Below, one piece after another: positions 10,092-19,352 of a stretch of 64,000 nt of DNA. This DNA is from Bacillota bacterium (GTDB lineage Bacteria > Bacillota_I > Bacilli_A > Erysipelotrichales > Erysipelotrichaceae). Made by a program: the position numbers and the translations under genes. Position 1 is the stretch's first letter. Each line of letters starts with the position of its first letter. The notes under the pieces were generated by a model. The model ran no database searches. It saw only the letters and a list, made by a program, of their open reading frames with translations, and was not told the DNA's origin. The DNA lies in NCBI GenBank assembly GCA_023388535.1, contig JAEWFZ010000014.1, positions 3,873 through 67,872 on the forward strand, written 5' to 3'.

Positions 10092-12143
10092 ATGAGTAAA
10101 GACAAGAAGAAAAAGCAATTACCGGATAACGAAACGGAAAGGAATAAACAACTAATGGGCGCTATGCGCTATCGTTTAGTGTTTTTAGGGATTATCATAA
10201 CCATTAGTATGATTTTTATCATCATGCGTTTATTTCAAGTTCAAATCTATCAACAGAATGAATATCGTGACAAACTGAGTCGTTTTAACGTCACTGAAAT
10301 TAATGAACTGCCGATGCGAGGCGATATTATCGATCGTAACGGGTCGGTTTTGAGTACCAATCAAGAAATGCTTGATATTATCTATATTGCACCTTTGGGC
10401 GAAACGGTCTCGATGAAGTGGAATAAAGCTAAAGCTTTTGTTGATTTATTTGAGGTAGATACGGAAAGTATGACCTTACGCGATCGAAAAGACGCCTTCA
10501 TCCATTATTTTGATGAACTGGCCAACGATTTAATAACCCCGACAGAAAAACAACAATTACGAACCGGTGAGTTACGCGATAGCGATATCTACAATTTAAA
10601 ACTAGATCGAATAAATGACGGTCATTTGATAAGACTGAGTCAACGACAATTGCAGGAATTTATGATTTTCCAACGGATGCATATTGTTCCTGGCTTAATT
10701 AAGGATATTAAACAAGATATTAGCATCGAAGAAACTGCTATTCTTATCGAAAATACTAATATTTTATCCGGCTTTTTGATTCATCCGTCCTATTCGCGAA
10801 TTATTTTTGATGATCATAATTTGGGTAGTTTAATCGGTAGTATGACCACAAATAAGCAGGGCTTATTGGCTGAAACCGCAAACTATAATCAAGCGCTTAA
10901 TTACAATTTAACCGATCAAATCGGTGCTTCCGGTTTAGAAGCCTACTATGAATCGGTTTTATCGGGTAAAAAGCTAAAGTATCAAGTACTTTATAACAAT
11001 CAAGGCATTCCGCGTCTGGAACTGGTTGATTCGGGTGAAAATGGAGCTACATTACAGCTTACTATTGATAAAGAGTTTCAAAAACGAGTCGAAGAAATTA
11101 CCGAAATTCGTTTAAAAGAAGCGATTCAAAATCGAAATACCGCCAAAATATATGGTGACCGCATGTTGTTGGTGGTATCCGATGTAACCAATGGCGAAGT
11201 CTTGGCTTTGGCTGGCGTATATCGCAGTGAATCGGGTAATTTTAATGTTTATAATTCAGGAACCTATTTAGAAGCTTATTCCCCAGGATCTTCGATTAAA
11301 GGCGCGATGGTTTATATGGGTTTAGAAAAAAATCTCTTTAGACCCGGGGAGCGAATTCTCGATCAACCGGTTAAAATTGCTGGAACGGTAGCAAAAAGAA
11401 GTTCTGCCGTACTCGGTATGGTAGATGATATTCGAGCAATGGCGGTTTCCAGTAATGTCTATATGTATAATGTCGTTTTTAGACTTGGTAGAGCTAACTA
11501 TCGTTACGATCAGCCTTTAAATTTAGATCCAAACACACTATCGGAAATGAGAAAAAATTTCTCCCAATTTGGTTTAGGATCAGCCACCGGATTGGATGTG
11601 CCGTTGGAAAGTAATGGATATAAAGGTATTAAACCAGCCGCCGGTAACTTATTGGACTTTGCTACGGGGCAGTACGATACTTACAGTGTCATGCAGCTAA
11701 ATCAATACGCCTTAACTTTAGCTAATGGCGGTCATCGCTATCAGCTGCATTTTGCTAAACACGCCATAGAACCTAAGTCAGAAAATGTGGTCTTTCAATA
11801 TCAGCCAACGATTTTAAATTCTTTAGCGGATAGTAATGCCCTAAGAAGGGTACAAATGGGGATGCGGGCTTGTGTTACCAGTGGTTATTGTAGTCCTTTA
11901 AGAAATGCTATAGTTCCCGCTGCTGCCAAAACAGGAACGGCCGAAGACTTTGTTTTTGATAATGGCAAACTGGTAAATACAGCAACCAGTACTTTGGTCG
12001 CTTATGCGCCATATGACAATCCAAAGATCGCTATTTCATGCATAACCCCTAATGAAACAAGACGTCGCGGAACCTATAGTGGTTGCATGTATGCCACCGA
12101 AGATATAATAAATTTATATTTTTCTGAAAACCAACATAATTAG
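10092..12143 (+). CDS. Class B penicillin-binding protein (transpeptidase)
   Basis: It has an N-terminal TM helix, then SxxK (SSIK), SxN (SSN) and KTG (AKTGTAE). The ATG at 10092 has SD GGAGA; the ORF-track start at 10017 overlaps ispG. Confidence 0.8.
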   Translation: MSKDKKKKQLPDNETERNKQLMGAMRYRLVFLGIIITISMIFIIMRLFQVQIYQQNEYRDKLSRFNVTEINELPMRGDIIDRNGSVLSTNQEMLDIIYIAPLGETVSMKWNKAKAFVDLFEVDTESMTLRDRKDAFIHYFDELANDLITPTEKQQLRTGELRDSDIYNLKLDRINDGHLIRLSQRQLQEFMIFQRMHIVPGLIKDIKQDISIEETAILIENTNILSGFLIHPSYSRIIFDDHNLGSLIGSMTTNKQGLLAETANYNQALNYNLTDQIGASGLEAYYESVLSGKKLKYQVLYNNQGIPRLELVDSGENGATLQLTIDKEFQKRVEEITEIRLKEAIQNRNTAKIYGDRMLLVVSDVTNGEVLALAGVYRSESGNFNVYNSGTYLEAYSPGSSIKGAMVYMGLEKNLFRPGERILDQPVKIAGTVAKRSSAVLGMVDDIRAMAVSSNVYMYNVVFRLGRANYRYDQPLNLDPNTLSEMRKNFSQFGLGSATGLDVPLESNGYKGIKPAAGNLLDFATGQYDTYSVMQLNQYALTLANGGHRYQLHFAKHAIEPKSENVVFQYQPTILNSLADSNALRRVQMGMRACVTSGYCSPLRNAIVPAAAKTGTAEDFVFDNGKLVNTATSTLVAYAPYDNPKIAISCITPNETRRRGTYSGCMYATEDIINLYFSENQHN

Positions 12144-12212
12144 TAAATCCATAGATAAAATATTATGAATTATGGTATTATATACAGCGTAGCTAAGTAA
12201 GGAGTTGAAATT

Positions 12213-12362
12213 ATGCGTGAAAATGTAACATTGAAATGTACCGAATGCGGTGAAGAAAATTACATTACGACAAAAAATAAAAAGAATGAACCTGGTCGTA
12301 TTGAACGTAAAAAATATTGCCCAAGAGAACGTAAAATGACGATTCATCGTGAAAAACGATAA
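12213..12362 (+). CDS. rpmG: 50S ribosomal protein L33 (49 aa; too short for the ORF track)
   Basis: Hand translation gives [49 protein letters not shown], including the CxxC zinc-ribbon. SD AAGGAG lies 8 nt upstream. Confidence 0.9.
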   Translation: MRENVTLKCTECGEENYITTKNKKNEPGRIERKKYCPRERKMTIHREKR

Positions 12363-12365
12363 GTC

Positions 12366-12992
12366 ATGTTAGAAGTTAAATGTCTCACACTTGGTCCTTT
12401 AGAAACCAATTGCTATCTATTAAAACAAGAGAAGAAAGCGATTTTAATTGATGCCATGGTTGATCAGCAGGGGGATATTGATCGTATTGTTCAGGCTTTA
12501 GAAGATTCTCAATTATTAGCGGTAATCTTGACTCATGGTCATTACGATCATATCGCTGCGGTGAATCTTCTTTTTAATCGTTATCAAATGCCGATTTATA
12601 TTCATGAAGATGAAGCGGATTATCTAACGGAACCTAAACTTAATTTAAGTCCCTTGTTTTCATTAAACTATACCGTCGATGAACCGGCTAATATAGTAAG
12701 CGGCCATCAATTAAAGATTGATGATTTTATCTTTGAAGTCATCAAAACTCCAGGTCATACCCCAGGATCAATGACCTTGATAATTGATAATCATGCCTTT
12801 GTTGGTGATTTCTTATTCAAAAATTCAATTGGTCGTACCGATCTAATTAAAGGTAGCCAAGAATTGATGAGAAAGTCATTAAGTGAAGCTATCAATTGGC
12901 CAGACGATTGGATAATTTATCCAGGACATGGACCTACAAGTACCATGAAAGACGAGAAAAAATCAAACCCATATCTAAGAACTCATCGTTAA
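12366..12992 (+). CDS. MBL-fold metallo-hydrolase (YqgX-like)
   Basis: Contains the HxHxDH motif (THGHYDH) and a downstream PGHTPGS. It starts 3 nt after the rpmG stop. Confidence 0.75.
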   Translation: MLEVKCLTLGPLETNCYLLKQEKKAILIDAMVDQQGDIDRIVQALEDSQLLAVILTHGHYDHIAAVNLLFNRYQMPIYIHEDEADYLTEPKLNLSPLFSLNYTVDEPANIVSGHQLKIDDFIFEVIKTPGHTPGSMTLIIDNHAFVGDFLFKNSIGRTDLIKGSQELMRKSLSEAINWPDDWIIYPGHGPTSTMKDEKKSNPYLRTHR

Positions 12993-13007
12993 GATGAGTT
13001 TTATTTT
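12981..13007 (+). terminator. Rho-independent terminator after the MBL hydrolase
   Basis: Stem ACTCATC / GATGAGT, with the stop codon in the loop, followed by TTTTATTTT. Confidence 0.6.
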
Positions 13008-13040
13008 AGGATAAATGATTAAATAACGATATTTTAAGGC

Positions 13041-13928
13041 ATGGTAGAAGCTCGCTTAGAAGAATTATTAAAACTAGCTATCCAACTCAAAGCCACCGAT
13101 ATTCATCTACATTTATCTAAAGAAGATCAAAAAATTCAGATGCGAACAATCAATGGCTTTAAAATGGTTAAAAGCGTATCCATTGATGCAATTTTATATC
13201 AATTTTTAAAGTTTAAAGCTAATTTAGATTTAAGTGCTGCCATGGTGCCGCAGTCGGGTACCTTTACTTATGTGATCGATGATACGCTATATAATTGTCG
13301 CTATTCGGCACTGGAAACTATCCAAATGCGTTCAGCGGTCATCCGCATCCTAAATCTTAGTTTAATAAATAGTTTGGATGAAATCGGTGGTCCGAAGGAA
13401 GTAATTAAAGAAATTCGAAAGCAACTGCTTCATGAGACTGGATTAATTCTTTTTGCTGGGGTGACTGGTAGTGGTAAAACTACGACTATGTTTACCGCTT
13501 TATCTGAGCTAAAAGATCGCTCCATTTATACTTTAGAAGATCCGATAGAAACGTATTACGATAATTTAATGCAAGTTCAAATTAACTTAAAAACTGGTTT
13601 AAATTATCAACGTGGTATTAAACAATTGTTGCGTCATGACCCTGATATTATTTGTTTAGGCGAGATACGATCTCCAGAAGAAGCGAAAGCGTTGTTTCGC
13701 TGTTGTCTCTCTGGTCATTTAGTGACTTCGACGATTCATGCTTCGAGCTTATTTTCTACTTTATCACGACTCTTGGATTTTCAAGTAAGTGTCTTTGATC
13801 TAAGTTTAATCTCAATGACGATTGTCTTTCAACGCTTAATTGTCGAAAACCAGCAGAGGAGGGCTATGCTTGAGATTCTTTCAAACCATCAAATCCAAGA
13901 CTACCTCAAGACCATTACGTCAGCTTAG
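13041..13928 (+). CDS. comGA: Competence pseudopilus assembly ATPase ComGA (GspE/PilB family), short form
   Basis: Walker A is GVTGSGKTTT and the Asp/His boxes include LRHDPDIICLGEIR. It is the first gene of a 7-gene pseudopilin operon. Confidence 0.8.
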   Translation: MVEARLEELLKLAIQLKATDIHLHLSKEDQKIQMRTINGFKMVKSVSIDAILYQFLKFKANLDLSAAMVPQSGTFTYVIDDTLYNCRYSALETIQMRSAVIRILNLSLINSLDEIGGPKEVIKEIRKQLLHETGLILFAGVTGSGKTTTMFTALSELKDRSIYTLEDPIETYYDNLMQVQINLKTGLNYQRGIKQLLRHDPDIICLGEIRSPEEAKALFRCCLSGHLVTSTIHASSLFSTLSRLLDFQVSVFDLSLISMTIVFQRLIVENQQRRAMLEILSNHQIQDYLKTITSA

Positions 13929-14835
13929 AGAAATCGTATTAGCGTATCGTAAATTACAAATCCCTTACGAACAAATACAATTAGATTTGAATTTAGAACA
14001 AACTAGTTTTGAAGTCTACACGATAGCCGTTTTAAGCCATCAAGAAGAGCACTATCACGTCTTAAGACAATTATTTTCTTTGGAACAGATTTTAGAAATC
14101 GAATTGAAACTATCTAACTTTTTTAAAGACTTAAAACAATCTATTGTAAAAAAGATTTGGTATCCTTTGCTTTTGTTAGCGTTTCTTTATGGGATTTTAA
14201 CTTTATTTATTTTCCGTCTCTTTCCTAGTCTAACTTCCTTATTGAAAGACTTTGATATTCATAATTGGATTTTAGACGCACTCTTTGTTTTGATTTTCCT
14301 TATTTATCTAATTATCACGATTTCAGCCTTGATTTCTTTAGTTTTAATAGTACTTTTGTTTAATTATCAAAATCAAAAACTACTGATACTGATCTTAAAA
14401 AAATATAAGTTTTTTAATTTAATTAAGAAGATTTACACCCAGATGTTTGCTTACTTGTATCGATTGTATTTAAGTTATGGAGCATCAACGCAGCAGATTT
14501 TAACCTTATTAGTCCAAGCTCCATTCTCAAGAATAACCCGTTGGTTAGCGACCTTAACCATTTATCAATTAGACGATGGGCTTCGTTTGGATCGAGCGTT
14601 TCATAAAGAATTATTTGATGCTTCTTTTATAAGATTTATTCGCATTGCTTCTTTATCGGATCAATTAGACTACTTTTTAGAGGCCTATTTAGAAGTCAAT
14701 CAAAAACAAATTGATTATCGAATATCAAAACTCGCTAAAGTCCTTCAAACCTTTGTATTTGCTTTGATTGGACTATTACTTATTATCTTGTATCAAATGC
14801 TTTTTGCTCCGATGCAATTACTCAATACTTTATAG
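13870..14835 (+). CDS. comGB: Competence pseudopilus platform membrane protein ComGB (GspF/PilC family)
   Basis: Polytopic membrane protein in the position after comGA. I prefer the TTG at 13870 (SD AGAGGAGGG 6 nt upstream); the ORF track starts at 13840. Confidence 0.65.
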   Translation: MRFFQTIKSKTTSRPLRQLREIVLAYRKLQIPYEQIQLDLNLEQTSFEVYTIAVLSHQEEHYHVLRQLFSLEQILEIELKLSNFFKDLKQSIVKKIWYPLLLLAFLYGILTLFIFRLFPSLTSLLKDFDIHNWILDALFVLIFLIYLIITISALISLVLIVLLFNYQNQKLLILILKKYKFFNLIKKIYTQMFAYLYRLYLSYGASTQQILTLLVQAPFSRITRWLATLTIYQLDDGLRLDRAFHKELFDASFIRFIRIASLSDQLDYFLEAYLEVNQKQIDYRISKLAKVLQTFVFALIGLLLIILYQMLFAPMQLLNTL

Positions 14836-14840
14836 AAAGG

Positions 14841-15143
14841 ATGTCTATGAAAAAAGGATTTACCTTACTTGAAATGATCATAGTAATGACCGTGGTTGCG
14901 GTTTTGTTTCTATTAACGATTCCTAATGTTTCAAAGACGGTCAAAGTAGTTTCCGATAAAGGCTGTGAAGTTCAGCTTAAAGTGGTTGATGCGGCTTTGG
15001 TTCAATATTTGTTGGATAAAGATGTTCAATCCGCCAGTATATCCAATTTAATCGAAGCTAACTATCTTACACCACGTCAGGCTCAGTGCCATAACGGACA
15101 AAAGATTGTAATCATCAATGGACAAGCACAAATTGCTCGCTAA
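14841..15143 (+). CDS. comGC: Major pseudopilin ComGC
   Basis: Prepilin leader plus the KGFTLLEMIIV motif. The true start may be the ATG at 14847, which has better SD spacing. Confidence 0.8.
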   Translation: MSMKKGFTLLEMIIVMTVVAVLFLLTIPNVSKTVKVVSDKGCEVQLKVVDAALVQYLLDKDVQSASISNLIEANYLTPRQAQCHNGQKIVIINGQAQIAR

Positions 15144-15444
15144 GGGTTTTACCGGATTAGAAATGGTATTGGTGATTTTAGTAATCAGTATTCTATCTAG
15201 CCTTAGTCTAAGTTTTAAATTACCTTTAGAACCAAAGCTTAAAATCTTTGAACAACAATACCTATATCAGCAGATAAGAGCTATTGCCCAAAAACAAACC
15301 ATTCCGCTAAAAACTGAGCATAGTAACGTTAAACTCCTTAGTTTTAATCCTTTGGGTCATGTTAATCAAGGTCAAACCATAGCTTTTGATAATCAAAAAT
15401 TTGTTGTACAAATTGGAATGGGACGTTATGTCATTAGAAAGTAA
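15118..15444 (+). CDS. comGD: Minor pseudopilin ComGD-like
   Basis: AKGFTGLEMVLVILV prepilin N-terminal motif, in the position after comGC. Confidence 0.6.
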   Translation: MDKHKLLAKGFTGLEMVLVILVISILSSLSLSFKLPLEPKLKIFEQQYLYQQIRAIAQKQTIPLKTEHSNVKLLSFNPLGHVNQGQTIAFDNQKFVVQIGMGRYVIRK

Positions 15445-15535
15445 AGGCTTTGTTTTAGTTGAAGTTTTGATATCAATCGTCTTACTGGCTATATTAATCG
15501 AAATTATTCTTCATTTGCTACGGTTGTATTTATGA
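15428..15535 (+). CDS. Truncated ComGE-like mini-pseudopilin (35 aa; not in the ORF track)
   Basis: Hand translation gives MSLESKGFVLVEVLISIVLLAILIEIILHLLRLYL, which is a prepilin motif plus a hydrophobic helix only. It fills the comGD-comGF gap. Its start overlaps the comGD end and its TGA overlaps the comGF ATG. Confidence 0.5.
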   Translation: MSLESKGFVLVEVLISIVLLAILIEIILHLLRLYL

Positions 15536-15933
15536 AATCTAAAGGTTTTACTTGGTTGGAAATGATGGTTGCTATGTTAGTGATAAGTTTATTGTTTACG
15601 CTTATCTTGCAGATCGTTAAGCTGTTTCCACATTTATCGTCAAGTAGGGAAGGGATCAGTCAAAAAGATACTTTCGAGATTCAACTACAACACGAAATAT
15701 TGTTATCGGATAATTTTCAATTAAATCAACAAGAACTCTGCTATCTAAATCTTGAAGGTATGTCACGATGTATTGTTTTTGAAAAAGATCGTATTGTAAG
15801 AACACCCGGGTATGAAATATTGTTGACCAAAGTCAATAACTACCGAGTAGTTTTGATGCCTTCAAAAATTGAAATGAGATATGATTATGAAAATGAAGCG
15901 GTGGTTAGTAGCTTTATTAAAATCAAAAGCTAA
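15532..15933 (+). CDS. comGF: Minor pseudopilin ComGF-like
   Basis: MKSKGFTWLEMMVAMLV prepilin motif, in the operon position. Confidence 0.6.
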   Translation: MKSKGFTWLEMMVAMLVISLLFTLILQIVKLFPHLSSSREGISQKDTFEIQLQHEILLSDNFQLNQQELCYLNLEGMSRCIVFEKDRIVRTPGYEILLTKVNNYRVVLMPSKIEMRYDYENEAVVSSFIKIKS

Positions 15934-16270
15934 AGGTTTTGTATTGCTTTCTACGATCGTAGTAATTATGGTTGTCTTTAGCATGCTTGGTTCAATTTTA
16001 CAGATGAAAACGTATCAACGATTACAAAAAATTCAATTACAAAACGCTCGAGAAATCTCAGATATTGAGATATATGCGATCAATTGCATATTAAATCAGG
16101 ACTGTCCAAAGGGTTATACTTATCATGAGTACGATTCTTTAATAAAAATATCCGTAAATGATAATCACGCTGAGATTGTTGTAACTGGGAAGCATTCCTT
16201 AATTAGTAATTGTAGTATCGATATTGAAAAATCACGGCTAATTACGTATACTTATACTGCAAATGATTGA
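15881..16270 (+). CDS. comGG: Minor pseudopilin ComGG-like
   Basis: KAKGFVLLSTIVVIMV N-terminal hydrophobic segment. It is the last gene of the operon. Confidence 0.5.
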   Translation: MIMKMKRWLVALLKSKAKGFVLLSTIVVIMVVFSMLGSILQMKTYQRLQKIQLQNAREISDIEIYAINCILNQDCPKGYTYHEYDSLIKISVNDNHAEIVVTGKHSLISNCSIDIEKSRLITYTYTAND

Positions 16271-16281
16271 AGGAGGTCCAT

Positions 16282-16839
16282 ATGATCTTAGTTAACGATT
16301 TACGTCCAGGGAATACAATTCAAGAAGAAAGTGAAATCTATCAAGTAATTGATGTTTCTAGAAACAAAACCGCTCGCGGACAAATGAACATCAAAGTAAA
16401 AGTAAGAAATTTACGTTCTAACAATATTTCTGAATTAGCCTACACCGGTGGGGACAAAGTAGAACCGGCACTTATTGAAAAGAAAACGATGCAATATTTA
16501 TATGATTCTGGTGAAGCTTTGGTATTCATGGATGTTGATTCCTTTGAACAATTAGAAATTCGTAAGGAAAACCTAACTTGGGAAATTAACTTCTTAAAGG
16601 AAAACGATAATTGTACAATTACTATGTTTGAAAGCGAAATAATCGGAATCCTATTACCTGATAAAGTAGCTTTAAGAGTCGTTGAAACCGAACCAGCGGT
16701 TCGTGGAGATACTGCCACTTCGGCGATGAAAAACGCAACCTTAGAAACCGGTTATGAAACAAAAGTTCCACTTTTTATTAATACCGATGAAGTTATCTTG
16801 GTGTCTACCGCCGATGGAAAATATTCCGGTCGGGCATAA
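16282..16839 (+). CDS. efp: Translation elongation factor P
   Basis: MILVNDLRPGNTI... is a typical EF-P N-terminus. SD GAAGGAGG precedes the ATG at 16282; the ORF track begins 15 nt earlier. Confidence 0.92.
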   Translation: MILVNDLRPGNTIQEESEIYQVIDVSRNKTARGQMNIKVKVRNLRSNNISELAYTGGDKVEPALIEKKTMQYLYDSGEALVFMDVDSFEQLEIRKENLTWEINFLKENDNCTITMFESEIIGILLPDKVALRVVETEPAVRGDTATSAMKNATLETGYETKVPLFINTDEVILVSTADGKYSGRA

Positions 16840-16854
16840 TAACTTGATTAAATA

Positions 16855-16888
16855 AACAAGGCAGTACAGAAGTATTGCCTTGTTTTTA
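16855..16888 (+). terminator. Rho-independent terminator after efp
   Basis: Stem ACAAGGCA / TGCCTTGT followed by TTTTT. Confidence 0.75.
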
Positions 16889-16943
16889 TATAGATAACTA
16901 TCTGCTATCTATTGACATCATTTTATCAAAGTGTATGATAATA

Positions 16944-17052
16944 ATGTCTTCAGGGCGAGGCGAAATTCCTCACCGGCAGTAAACCCTGCGAGCCTAAGGG
17001 CTGATCTTGTGAGATTCAAGAGGCGACAGTTAAAGTCTGGATGAAAGAAGCA
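16944..17052 (+). promoter_or_regulatory. FMN riboswitch (RFN element)
   Basis: Conserved blocks CTTCAGGGCGAGGCGAAATTCCTCACCGGCAGT...CCTGCGAGCC...GATTCAAGAGGCGACAGTTAAAGTCTGGATGAAAGAAG match the RFN consensus. A U8 tract at 17090-17097, after a short GC hairpin, may be the terminator. Confidence 0.85.
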
Positions 17053-17127
17053 TCTATTTTTTTAGATAAAGCCCAAGACATGATGGGTGTTTTTTTTACC
17101 CAAAATTTCATAAGGAGGAAATGTATC

Positions 17128-17736
17128 ATGTCAACCAACAAACTTTCGAAGTCGATTTTTAGCACCAAACAATTAGTATTAATTGCAATTTTAGGATCTT
17201 TAGCAACCATTTTAATGGTCTTTCGTTTCCCGCTTCCATTTTCACCAAGCTTCATGGATCTTGATTTAGCGGATGTACCGGTACTTATTGGTGGTTTTGC
17301 TTATGGTCCATTAGCAGGGGCCTTAATTGCGGTGTTAAAGAACGTTATTAAACTGATCACTCAAGGAACCAGCACCAGTTTTATCGGAGAATTATCTAAT
17401 ATTATTGTAACAACTAGCTTTGTCGTCACAAGTGCTACCATTTACAAATCTAATAGAACTTTAAAAGGAGCTAGACTTGCTTTAATTAGCGGTGTCTTAG
17501 TAATGACTACGATAGCTACTTTATCCAATGCTTTTTTAATTTTTCCATTATTTGAACGCATCGCCAAATTTCCAATAAGTCGAATTTTAGCTATTACCAT
17601 GAATACCAATTCGCTGGTTACTAGCTACTGGACGATGATGATTTTCGCGGTCGTTCCATTTAATTTGATTAAAGGTGGATTAAATGCTTTGTTGACCGCA
17701 ATCTTGTATAAATATATCTCTTCTTATCTAAAATAG
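17128..17736 (+). CDS. ribU: Riboflavin transporter, ECF S-component RibU-like
   Basis: Multi-TM protein directly downstream of the FMN riboswitch. SD AAGGAGG lies 9 nt before the ATG at 17128; the ORF-track start at 17041 lies inside the riboswitch. Confidence 0.75.
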   Translation: MSTNKLSKSIFSTKQLVLIAILGSLATILMVFRFPLPFSPSFMDLDLADVPVLIGGFAYGPLAGALIAVLKNVIKLITQGTSTSFIGELSNIIVTTSFVVTSATIYKSNRTLKGARLALISGVLVMTTIATLSNAFLIFPLFERIAKFPISRILAITMNTNSLVTSYWTMMIFAVVPFNLIKGGLNALLTAILYKYISSYLK

Positions 17737-17770
17737 GCTTGTTCTATTTGGTTTATTTAAAAGCGCTCTA

Positions 17771-17779
17771 TGCTATAAT
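17771..17779 (+). promoter_or_regulatory. Extended -10 promoter element TGCTATAAT
   Basis: A perfect TGnTATAAT lies 22 nt upstream of the 17801 ATG, with SD AGAGGTGG in between. Confidence 0.5.
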
Positions 17780-17800
17780 ATCTTAGACAAGAGGTGGCTT

Positions 17801-18664
17801 ATGAGTGAGAATAAATCGAGAATTGAACGTTATGCAAAATTACGTCAAGATTTGATTGACCAGCAACAACATACTATAGAAACGAAAGAACTATCGGTAT
17901 TTGCTAATCAATTAAATCAATTAGATGACGAACATTTTAAACGAATGGATGTAGATACTGAAGTTGAACTACACGCACCCTTACACCTTCGTTCACAAAG
18001 ACATTTAACTAAAACCGAAGAAACTTTGGATAACCAAGTTCCAGCCTTCGAAAAACAGGAAATCCAACCAAGTTCTAAAGAAGTCTTAGAATTTCCCAAC
18101 GATCCTTCAGTAAGCGATATTTTAGAAGCCTATGAACCTGAAGAGATCGCGGATGGTTTTGTAGCCTCTTACGTCGATGAAGTTTTAAGTGAAGTTAAGA
18201 CCTATAATGTAGAAAAAGGATATCGAAAAAAAGAAGATACACGTTCTAATGTACTTTCCAGTGTTTTGCCCACGGCAGAATATGAAGAAGTTTCTGAGAT
18301 AGAGAATCAATTGCGTCGCGATCAACATCAAATTCGTCGTCCTATACCAGGACAAGCCTCCAATATCGAAGAAGTCTCCCAAGATCTCGATGAAACGATC
18401 AAGCTTCAAGTTGAAGAACTCGCTCAATTAGATGTCTCATTGACTCCCTTAGCAACCCTTGATCAACCGACTGAAGTCTTTGAACTCAAAGAAGCGACGG
18501 AACAGATGAAAGTACTTATCGAACAACAAGATGAAGCCGTAAAAACATTAGATAAAAAGATAAAGAGTTCTAATACATTTATCAATGTTCTACTTGGCGT
18601 GGTTATCTTACTGTTTGTCATCGTTTTCTTTGCCTTGATTTATATCACTACACAATTGGTTTAA
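17801..18664 (+). CDS. Hypothetical acidic, C-terminally membrane-anchored protein
   Basis: 287 aa rich in E, D and Q. It has a single C-terminal TM helix (FINVLLGVVILLFVIVFFALIYI). It has its own promoter and SD. I recognise no family. Confidence 0.6.
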   Translation: MSENKSRIERYAKLRQDLIDQQQHTIETKELSVFANQLNQLDDEHFKRMDVDTEVELHAPLHLRSQRHLTKTEETLDNQVPAFEKQEIQPSSKEVLEFPNDPSVSDILEAYEPEEIADGFVASYVDEVLSEVKTYNVEKGYRKKEDTRSNVLSSVLPTAEYEEVSEIENQLRRDQHQIRRPIPGQASNIEEVSQDLDETIKLQVEELAQLDVSLTPLATLDQPTEVFELKEATEQMKVLIEQQDEAVKTLDKKIKSSNTFINVLLGVVILLFVIVFFALIYITTQLV

Positions 18665-18674
18665 GAGGTGTTTT

Positions 18675-19352
18675 ATGAGTTTTTCAATTGCTATTGATGG
18701 GCCAAGTGCCTCTGGTAAATCGGTTTTAGCGTTACGGATAGCTAAACACCTAAATATGACTCATATTAACACCGGCTCTATGTATAGGGCCGTTGCCTAT
18801 TTGTCAATCCAAGAGAATATCAAATTACCCGAAGAGTTAGATACTTTATTAAATCTAATAGATACTATGGATCTAGTTTTAGGTAAAAATCAAGAAGTTT
18901 ATCTCGATAAAAAAGACATTACGCTTTTGCTAAGAGATGAAGCAATTTCACTCCTAGCTAGTGATATTTCAAAAATAAAAGAAGTTCGAGAAAAGCTAGT
19001 TGCTAAACAACAAGCTATGGCTGAAGTTATGGATTGTGTCATGGATGGTCGTGATATTGGAACGGTAGTTTTACCTAAGGCTCAAGTAAAAATATTTTTA
19101 ACCGCTTCCTCTCAAGTAAGAGCGATGCGTCGCTATTTAGAACTAAAAGCTCGAGGTGTTGAGTCTGATTATGAAGAGATTTTAGCCGATTTAATCTTGC
19201 GTGATTATCAAGATAGCCATCGCAAAGAATCGCCCTTAGTACAAGCCGAAGATGCCATCAGAATTGACACATCAAGCTTATCTATTGACCAGGTTTTTGA
19301 AGAAATATTAGATATTGTAATTAAGAAAAAGGAGGCGATGAGCCATGATTGA
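18675..19352 (+). CDS. cmk: Cytidylate kinase
   Basis: [13 protein letters not shown]-loop; typical CMP kinase length and motifs. Confidence 0.9.
   Translation: MSFSIAIDGPSASGKSVLALRIAKHLNMTHINTGSMYRAVAYLSIQENIKLPEELDTLLNLIDTMDLVLGKNQEVYLDKKDITLLLRDEAISLLASDISKIKEVREKLVAKQQAMAEVMDCVMDGRDIGTVVLPKAQVKIFLTASSQVRAMRRYLELKARGVESDYEEILADLILRDYQDSHRKESPLVQAEDAIRIDTSSLSIDQVFEEILDIVIKKKEAMSHD

Noticed and set aside
12114-12347. 77-aa minus-strand ORF between the PBP gene and the MBL gene.
   Set aside because: It is antisense to an unmistakable rpmG (L33) gene on the plus strand (12213-12362), which the ORF track missed because it encodes only 49 aa.
13005-13040. TAACGATA upstream of comGA, resembling the streptococcal cin-box (TACGAATA). 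Possible ComK-type A4-N5-T4 boxes were also considered.
   Set aside because: There are two mismatches to the cin-box, the site is only 12 nt from the ATG, and no convincing K-box dyad is present. The region is too short and AT-rich to support a call.
17016-17255. 79-aa minus-strand ORF, and the 5' extension (17041-17127) of the ribU ORF.
   Set aside because: Both overlap the FMN riboswitch and its U-tract. ribU has a good SD and ATG at 17128.
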